DNA from: a virus | Lineage: Duplodnaviria > Caudoviricetes | Length of the DNA stretch: 31,955 nucleotides | Strand: one strand, 5' to 3' | Virus record (IMG/VR): IMGVR_UViG_3300020109_000084 | Location: 1-31,955 of that record | Part shown: positions 1-5,432 of the stretch, piece after piece | Numbering within the stretch: position 1 is the first letter of the stretch | How the letters are laid out: every line of letters starts with the position of its first letter | Translations under genes and position numbers: made by a program | Notes under the pieces: model-generated | The model's input: only the letters and a program-made list of their open reading frames with translations | Told to the model about the DNA's origin: nothing | Databases searched by the model: none

Positions 1-83
1 GATCCTCTACAATCAACACTGTCAGGGTTAAAGAGAACCAACTAAGTACTTTGGGAGGAAAGTAAAGAGAAATCAGGGTCAGG

Positions 84-143
84 GTGTGCCAGTCTGACAA
101 GTGTCCACCAAACCCCCCAGAGACCCCCCAGAGGTGCCATACT
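84..143 (+). promoter_or_regulatory. Early/middle-type phage promoter: imperfect palindrome plus extended -10
   Basis: GTGTGCCAGT-CTGACA-AGTGTCCAC (84-108), an imperfect inverted repeat that I recall upstream of small early genes in T4-like cyanophages. It is followed by TGcCATACT (135-143, extended -10-like) with no canonical -35. A hairpin AGGGGG-agaga-CCTCCT (153-169) lies just after the predicted start site. Confidence 0.6.
112..133. repeat. Perfect 11-bp tandem duplication (ACCCCCCAGAG x2)
   Basis: 112-122 and 123-133 are identical and lie between the palindrome and the -10 box. Confidence 0.9.
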
Positions 144-201
144 AAGGACATCAGGGGGAGAGACCTCCTAAACACTTCACAGACCCTCTCAGATTCCTCT
201 C

Positions 202-516
202 ATGCGTAAGATCGAAACCAAGATGAATGACGCCATCATCGATCGGAAAGATTTCAAGTCTGGCAACACTCAAGTCGTGACGATTAGCGACGTTTCGTTT
301 GTCTATCTGCACGGCAATCACATCGCTTCCATTGGTAACGACTTCATCCAACTCTTCTCTGGTGGATGGCATTCTGTGACCACAAAGTCCCGCCTCAATG
401 CACTTCTCTCTGTGCATGGTTTGCCTGGTGAGAAAGTCTTCCAGAAAAACTTTCAGTGGTTTGTGCAACAGGAAGGTGGTGCAATTCCTTTCTTTGATGG
501 TATGCGTCTGGCATGA
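202..516 (+). CDS. Hypothetical early phage protein (104 aa, MRKIETKMNDAII...)
   Basis: Complete ORF downstream of a promoter-like motif, with C-ending codon bias and a pyrimidine-rich leader. It resembles small conserved cyanophage hypotheticals (recollection). Confidence 0.85.
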   Translation: MRKIETKMNDAIIDRKDFKSGNTQVVTISDVSFVYLHGNHIASIGNDFIQLFSGGWHSVTTKSRLNALLSVHGLPGEKVFQKNFQWFVQQEGGAIPFFDGMRLA

Positions 517-521
517 CAATC

Positions 522-550
522 TGTCCTGGGTGATGACACTAAACTCACCC
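522..550 (+). ncRNA. Compact H-type pseudoknot RNA (possibly abiF-like motif)
   Basis: P1: TGTC 522-525 pairs with GACA 535-538. P2: GGGTGA 528-533 pairs with TCACCC 545-550. Linkers are CT, T and CTAAAC. It is entirely intergenic. Confidence 0.6.
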
Positions 551-581
551 CACATTCACTAACACTCAACAGCACAATCCT

Positions 582-752
582 ATGTCCAAATCTGTTATGA
601 TCTCGATGCTCCGTCAGGGTAGCACTGGTACCGAAATCCTCTCGATTCTCGATGCCCTCACCTCTGACAATGTGAGCACCTTCGATTATATTGAGTCTCC
701 CATGATTGAGTCCGTCCTGGGTATTCCGACCTTGACAGAGATCGACTTCTGA
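582..752 (+). CDS. Small acidic hypothetical protein, 56 aa (MSKSVMISMLRQGSTGTEILSILDALTSDNVSTFDYIESPMIESVLGIPTLTEIDF)
   Basis: Hand translation from ATG 582 to TGA 750-752; it is below the ORF-track length cutoff. It has the same C-ending codon bias and C/A-rich leader as 202..516. Confidence 0.8.
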   Translation: MSKSVMISMLRQGSTGTEILSILDALTSDNVSTFDYIESPMIESVLGIPTLTEIDF

Positions 753-760
753 GTTATACT
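732..760 (+). promoter_or_regulatory. Consensus sigma70 promoter
   Basis: TTGACA (732-737), 17-bp spacer, TATACT (755-760). It overlaps the 3' end of ORF 582..752. Confidence 0.7.
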
Positions 761-783
761 GAGGGGCAGTCAAATGTCCCTCA
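760..783 (+). other. Stem-loop after ORF 582..752
   Basis: TGAGGGGCA (760-768) pairs with TGTCCCTCA (775-783) as a 9-bp stem with one G-U pair and loop GTCAAA. There is no U-tract, so it is not called a terminator. Confidence 0.65.
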
Positions 784-818
784 CTAAATTATACGAAATC
801 GCAGTTAAATTTGGGGTT

Positions 819-842
819 TGTTATACTTAGGGCGGCCCCTAA
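819..842 (+). promoter_or_regulatory. Extended -10 (TGtTATACT) followed by hairpin
   Basis: TGTTATACT at 819-827, then TTAGGG-cggc-CCCTAA at 827-842. Confidence 0.45.
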
Positions 843-1036
843 ATTAAAAACCGAATACTACCCTAACCTACAAAAGTATCCCAACGCCTTAGATATATCA
901 AAATCGAATCTCCTTCCAGCCTATATAAAAAAAAATTCCCAGGAAAAAAATTTACCTCTGAGGTTTTTATAAACTGGAAAATTCGTCAGGTGAATAATCC
1001 GACAAATAATCCATAAGTTAATAGGTTATAAGAATT

Positions 1037-1204
1037 ATGTCCAAGAGATTCACTATCACTATCGAAGAAGACGAGTTTGGAGAGTTAATTCTTCCTATTC
1101 CTGATGAAATCTGTGAAGATCTTGGATGGAAAGAGGGAGATTCTTTAGAATATGAGGTTGATGATGTCACTGGAAGTTTTACTCTCAAGAAACTTGAAGA
1201 TTAA
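1037..1204 (+). CDS. AbrB/MazE/SpoVT-fold small protein, 55 aa, very acidic
   Basis: Hand translation: MSKRFTITIEEDEFGELILPIPDEICEDLGWKEGDSLEYEVDDVTGSFTLKKLED. The segment G-x-L-I-L-P-I-P-x-E-I-x-x-x-L-G-W-x-E-G-D-x-L-x-Y matches the swapped-hairpin AbrB signature. It is not in the ORF track (<60 aa). Confidence 0.8.
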   Translation: MSKRFTITIEEDEFGELILPIPDEICEDLGWKEGDSLEYEVDDVTGSFTLKKLED

Positions 1205-1258
1205 TGTCGCGCTACCACACCGCGAAAACCACAAAAAACCGCGTTTACATTTCATATA

Positions 1259-1564
1259 ATGACAGAAGAGGAAAACAAACTTATTCAACAAATGATTCAG
1301 GAAGTTGATAATCGATTTGCTGACATTCATGATGCAATGAAGACGGTAAATGAATGTCTTATCAAGATTGGTGAGCGTTTGAATGATCTAGAATCCGCAC
1401 ACAATATCGTTGTTGAATACATAGAAGATATTCAGTCTGTTGATAAAGTACTATACAAACCTATAGGCACGGATATACAAAATGAAATGGAAGGATATTT
1501 GAATATCAAAGAGAATTTAGATCTAATTTACACAAAACTAGGAGTGTTAGAGGACAATGCCTGA
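1259..1564 (+). CDS. Hypothetical protein (101 aa, coiled-coil-like N-half)
   Basis: Complete ORF with a heptad-like helical sequence. Its stop overlaps the start region of the next gene. Confidence 0.8.
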   Translation: MTEEENKLIQQMIQEVDNRFADIHDAMKTVNECLIKIGERLNDLESAHNIVVEYIEDIQSVDKVLYKPIGTDIQNEMEGYLNIKENLDLIYTKLGVLEDNA

Positions 1565-4085
1565 TTGCCATACAGATGGGAGTGCATGTAGTGGGTTTTC
1601 TCTAGACACGAGTCATTGTGATCCTCAGGTGCCAGGGGATGCAAAACGTACAAAATTATCTATTCACGAGACATATCCAACTCCAATCACGTATGGTAAC
1701 GTAAGGAGACCTCCACAGAATCAGGTTTTATATGGTGGGACACTTGTTACTACGAATTCTGGAAGATCATATTCATCTCCAGTTGGTGCAACTGAGCTTG
1801 CAGGTGCTACTTGTGGAAAGGAAGTAAGGGGAGTATGTAATACTCAGCAAAAGATTTTTGACAGTACACCAAATGGATTATCTTTCAAATGGATGGATAG
1901 TGACACTTGGTTCATATATGTTTGGGAATCTGGTGCAAATGCAGGGGTAATTGATAATCCATGCTATTGGTTGATTCATGAGCAACGGACAGGATCATCG
2001 ACTTTTACGGGAGGCACCAATCCACCTGGAGGATCCACAACAACAGCACCAACGGCAGATGGAGCAATTTGCGTTGAATGTACGTCATTTTTCTGCACTC
2101 CAAATAAAATGACATGCAGTTATACTACAGAAAGTGGTGATGAAACTGGCGATCCAGACTGCCCATATCCGACAATCTATGGAATTGGCACGGATTCTAA
2201 GAAATTAATCTTCAAATACAACGCTTTATCTACAGAAGTTCCTACTGGGGTGACAAAAATTAACTTCATGTATGATGCCCAAGGGCAAAATATTGATGTA
2301 CTTGCTTATGATAGCACTACTACGGGATCATTAGATCCAATTTTGGTCAATTTTAATCCATGGTTTGCATCAGAAACAAATGTTAATCAATTTTATATCT
2401 ATGAAGACACTGTTGTTGAGACTACAACAGCACAAGGACTCCGAGTAAAGATTGGTATTAAGCCAACAATCAACTTTGATGTTGAGCCATTAGTAATTAC
2501 TGGCACAACATTTGAAATTTTGGAATTATTAGCACCTGGTCAAGGTTATTCTTTGAATCAAACCTTCCCACTGACGTATGTACACTCTCATCCAGACTCA
2601 ACAACCACAACTTTTAACTTCTCCATTAAGATTACTGGTCTTGGTCCAGTCAATACTGTCGGTGCTCCAGTTGGATTTGACCTTCTGAGAGAGGGAGATA
2701 CCATTAATGGGCACGTAATCACTGAAACTGGTCATACCGACACTGAAAATTTTGCCTATCATGTAATATATCTTAATGGTAGTGGATCTGAATTCACTAA
2801 AAACGCTCAATATACATCAAATAGGAATCATATTATCACTGCAGTCGCTGGATATGGTATAAAAGATAGGTGTGCTTTGATAGGTTTATATGAATTTACC
2901 GATAAATCGATTCAATATACCACTCTTAGTGTAAATAATGACGCACCAAACATTTATTCAGTAATTAAAGATCCAAAAATTACTGTTACTGTCTCAAATG
3001 GGCAAATCAGTAGTGCTGTAATCACTGATGGGGGTGAAGGATGGAATACAGCTGGTGTTGGCACACCAATTATGTTTGTAACTCCACCAGATACTACGAC
3101 TGGAAGGCAAGCAAAAGCCGAAGGCACGTTTTCAAATGGTGTTTTGACAGGTCTTAAAATCACTGATCCTGGCACTGGGTATAGTTCTTCAAATCCACCT
3201 ATTATTGGTATCAGAAACAGGTATAAAAAAGAAGAAAAAGTTACTAATACTGGACAAACTGACGAAGAAGCAGCAATCACTACTCAGTTAGATAAAATTA
3301 CGAGTGGTCCAGCAAAAGAATATTGGCCAGAGTTTGAAGCTGGATTCAAAACACCTGACGGTAAAGCAGCTTTGGATAGAGTAAAAGATTCCTATACAGA
3401 GAGAAAAGTTGTTAGTGAGGTTGATAATGGAGTCCTCTTAGCTGATCAAAATAGAAATAGAAAATTACAACTAAATCAGAGATTATTTTCTGAAGATAAG
3501 GTGAAAAAACTTAAGAAAAATTTTGATAAAATGGATGGTAGTGTACTTAATAATCTTACCAATCCATCTTCAGCAGAAATTGAGTTTTCCAAATCCTATG
3601 ATACTGCCTCTTCTACAACAAATGTAGCGATAGATAATCATATGTCTGCAATTACTCAGGAAAAAATTCCAGAATTTGCAACATACAAAGAAGTTAAAGT
3701 TGAAACAGTTCAAAGAAGATTTCTTGACTTGCCTAAGGCATCAGAAAAAACAAAGTATCTAATAACACAATATAGAGCAGATCGTCGTCAAACGACAAAA
3801 ATTAAAATTAAAATAGGCTGCACTCCATTACAAACTGGATGTGGGCATATTATATGCCCTCCGCCTGGACCTCCAGCATCGAGCAGCAGTAGTACATCAT
3901 CAACACAAGGTGGAGTTACAACTCAAACTACAACTTCATATTCATATACTGTAACAGGTCTCCATGGAACTGGGTGTCAAGCATGGACTGCAGAAGGTAG
4001 TATGTTAGTATATAATAATCTTACCACCTCAATGGAAATATATAGTGCAGCAGTTAAAGCATATGGGAATCCATTTGACGTATAG
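1557..4085 (+). CDS. Putative virion structural protein (842 aa, Cys-rich ends, G-x-G-Y beta repeats)
   Basis: Long ORF with SD-like AGGA just upstream. It has DGGEGW/DPGTGY repeat modules shared with the gp7-like gene and lies upstream of PAAR/gp25. Confidence 0.8.
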   Translation: MPDCHTDGSACSGFSLDTSHCDPQVPGDAKRTKLSIHETYPTPITYGNVRRPPQNQVLYGGTLVTTNSGRSYSSPVGATELAGATCGKEVRGVCNTQQKIFDSTPNGLSFKWMDSDTWFIYVWESGANAGVIDNPCYWLIHEQRTGSSTFTGGTNPPGGSTTTAPTADGAICVECTSFFCTPNKMTCSYTTESGDETGDPDCPYPTIYGIGTDSKKLIFKYNALSTEVPTGVTKINFMYDAQGQNIDVLAYDSTTTGSLDPILVNFNPWFASETNVNQFYIYEDTVVETTTAQGLRVKIGIKPTINFDVEPLVITGTTFEILELLAPGQGYSLNQTFPLTYVHSHPDSTTTTFNFSIKITGLGPVNTVGAPVGFDLLREGDTINGHVITETGHTDTENFAYHVIYLNGSGSEFTKNAQYTSNRNHIITAVAGYGIKDRCALIGLYEFTDKSIQYTTLSVNNDAPNIYSVIKDPKITVTVSNGQISSAVITDGGEGWNTAGVGTPIMFVTPPDTTTGRQAKAEGTFSNGVLTGLKITDPGTGYSSSNPPIIGIRNRYKKEEKVTNTGQTDEEAAITTQLDKITSGPAKEYWPEFEAGFKTPDGKAALDRVKDSYTERKVVSEVDNGVLLADQNRNRKLQLNQRLFSEDKVKKLKKNFDKMDGSVLNNLTNPSSAEIEFSKSYDTASSTTNVAIDNHMSAITQEKIPEFATYKEVKVETVQRRFLDLPKASEKTKYLITQYRADRRQTTKIKIKIGCTPLQTGCGHIICPPPGPPASSSSSTSSTQGGVTTQTTTSYSYTVTGLHGTGCQAWTAEGSMLVYNNLTTSMEIYSAAVKAYGNPFDV

Positions 4086-4101
4086 TAATTAATAGGGTAA
4101 G

Positions 4102-4593
4102 ATGAGTCTTCCAGCAGCAATTTACAAAGGGTCTTGCACAGGACATGGAAAATGTATTCCAGCAACAATACATGCAGCAGTCCCGTGCGGCACTCCATGT
4201 ATTAAAGTGCCACCAAAACCAATAGCAGCAATGGATGCAACTAATATTTGGCCTCCATTTCCACAGTTGCCATTGGCGGTAAAACCTTGCAATGTTTTAA
4301 TAAATGGAATTGTACCAATCTTGGATCAAGATGTTTTAACAAATCATCCACCAACTTGCACACAATTGGTGACACTAGTATGTCAAACACCTCCACCACC
4401 AATGCCTTGTCCAACACAGACCATATGTGTCGAAGACAAAGCTGGCGGCGGAGCACATATTAGAAAAGCATTTGCTACTCAAAAAAGAGTTTTGGTTAAT
4501 GGCAAACCATTGTGTAGAGTAGCGGATCCATTAGGTCCACCTTGTTTATCAAAAATTGCTGGTGGAGCAATCAACGTATTAGTAGGATCTTAA
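4102..4593 (+). CDS. gp5.4: PAAR-family spike-tip protein (T4 gp5.4-like), expanded
   Basis: N-terminal CTGHG, NVLING and RVLVNGKPLCRVADPL...C...IAGGAINVLVG motifs, plus its position before gp25. Confidence 0.85.
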   Translation: MSLPAAIYKGSCTGHGKCIPATIHAAVPCGTPCIKVPPKPIAAMDATNIWPPFPQLPLAVKPCNVLINGIVPILDQDVLTNHPPTCTQLVTLVCQTPPPPMPCPTQTICVEDKAGGGAHIRKAFATQKRVLVNGKPLCRVADPLGPPCLSKIAGGAINVLVGS

Positions 4594-4595
4594 TT

Positions 4596-4745
4596 ATGGC
4601 AGTAAAATCTAAAGTCGGTCTTGTAAAGGGTAATTATACTCAAGGAGCTCCAAAGAAAACTCGTCAAGGTAGAAGTGCAAATACACATCTTGGCGCGACA
4701 TCACGTAATGAACGTAAAAAGAGATATCGTGGTCAAGGTAAATAA
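4596..4745 (+). CDS. Small basic protein, 49 aa (MAVKSK...KKRYRGQGK)
   Basis: ATG 4596 lies just after the PAAR stop (4593), so it is preferred over the track's 4542 start. The protein is K/R-rich, with a C-terminal YRGQG that I recall from T4-like phages at this locus. Confidence 0.8.
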   Translation: MAVKSKVGLVKGNYTQGAPKKTRQGRSANTHLGATSRNERKKRYRGQGK

Positions 4746-4764
4746 TACTTTTATCTAAACGCCT

Positions 4765-4772
4765 GATAAATA
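4765..4772 (+). promoter_or_regulatory. T4-type late promoter (NATAAATA)
   Basis: Intergenic GATAAATA upstream of the 63-aa/gp25/gp6/gp7 cluster, centred in the inverted repeat CCTGATA/TATCAGG (4762-4779). Confidence 0.75.
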
Positions 4773-4824
4773 TATCAGGGATGGCAACCCCTCTAAAAGT
4801 TCTGGTAACCCAGTTTTTAGAGAT

Positions 4825-5016
4825 ATGGCAAATCATCCCATCCCTGATAATGTACCACAAATGATGAATGACGATTTTGGTACTAAAGTATTAATAACTG
4901 ATCCAAAATCTGAAATTTATTTAAAAAAATCTATTAAAAATCCCCCAAGGGATAGATTTTCTAGATGGTGTGGTGGTCCTGGAGGATTTGACGATTATGT
5001 AGAGAGGATGCATTAA
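4825..5016 (+). CDS. Hypothetical protein (63 aa)
   Basis: ORF downstream of the late promoter, with a TAATG stop/start overlap with gp25. Confidence 0.75.
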   Translation: MANHPIPDNVPQMMNDDFGTKVLITDPKSEIYLKKSIKNPPRDRFSRWCGGPGGFDDYVERMH

Positions 5017-5432
5017 TGCCTTACATACCACTTAAAGGTTCTGATTTTATAAAATCTAGAAGTTTTAAAGATATTTCTGTTGGACTATTCAGAAATTACT
5101 TTACCGCAGATGTATCTGAGGTAAAAGATGCTGAGGCAATTAAACAGTCAATCAAAAATATTGTACTAACAAATCCTAGCGAAAAACTTTTTAATCCTAA
5201 TTTTGGATCTAGTGTAGGACAACTCTTATTTGAGCAACTAGATCCATTTTTAATGGATTCTATTCAAAGTGAAATACTAAATACAATCAGAAATTATGAG
5301 AAACGAGTTATCGTTACTAATATTTTATGCATACCAGATTATGATACCAATTCTATAAGTGTTGACTTGGAATACCAAATTGTTGGATTGCCCACTATAG
5401 AGTCAATTCAGTTTGTATTACAACGCCCCTAA
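5016..5432 (+). CDS. gp25: Baseplate wedge subunit gp25 (sheath initiator)
   Basis: AIKQSIKNIVLTNPSEKLFNPNFGS...LLFE...IRNYEKRV is the GPW/gp25 signature. Confidence 0.95.
   Translation: MPYIPLKGSDFIKSRSFKDISVGLFRNYFTADVSEVKDAEAIKQSIKNIVLTNPSEKLFNPNFGSSVGQLLFEQLDPFLMDSIQSEILNTIRNYEKRVIVTNILCIPDYDTNSISVDLEYQIVGLPTIESIQFVLQRP

Noticed and set aside
112-133. Direct repeat as a CRISPR or att site
   Set aside because: There are only two adjacent 11-bp copies with no spacer, and no cas or integrase gene in the window.
526-546. TGATGA...AAAC resembling a hammerhead ribozyme core
   Set aside because: It lacks the exact CUGANGA and GAAA core and a three-way junction. The pseudoknot pairing explains the sequence better.
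151-773. Minus-strand ORFs 151..555 and 453..773
   Set aside because: They are antisense shadows of the + strand genes 202..516 and 582..752, which have the promoter context and codon bias.
760-783. Intrinsic terminator
   Set aside because: The hairpin is good but no U-tract follows (CUAAAUU), so it is kept only as a stem-loop.
4542-4595. Longer 67-aa version of the basic peptide starting at 4542
   Set aside because: It would overlap the PAAR gene by 52 nt. ATG 4596, just after the PAAR stop, is more plausible.
5016-5432. gp25 as a lysozyme
   Set aside because: This is a legacy annotation of the family. gp25 is a structural sheath-initiation subunit, and no catalytic motif is visible.
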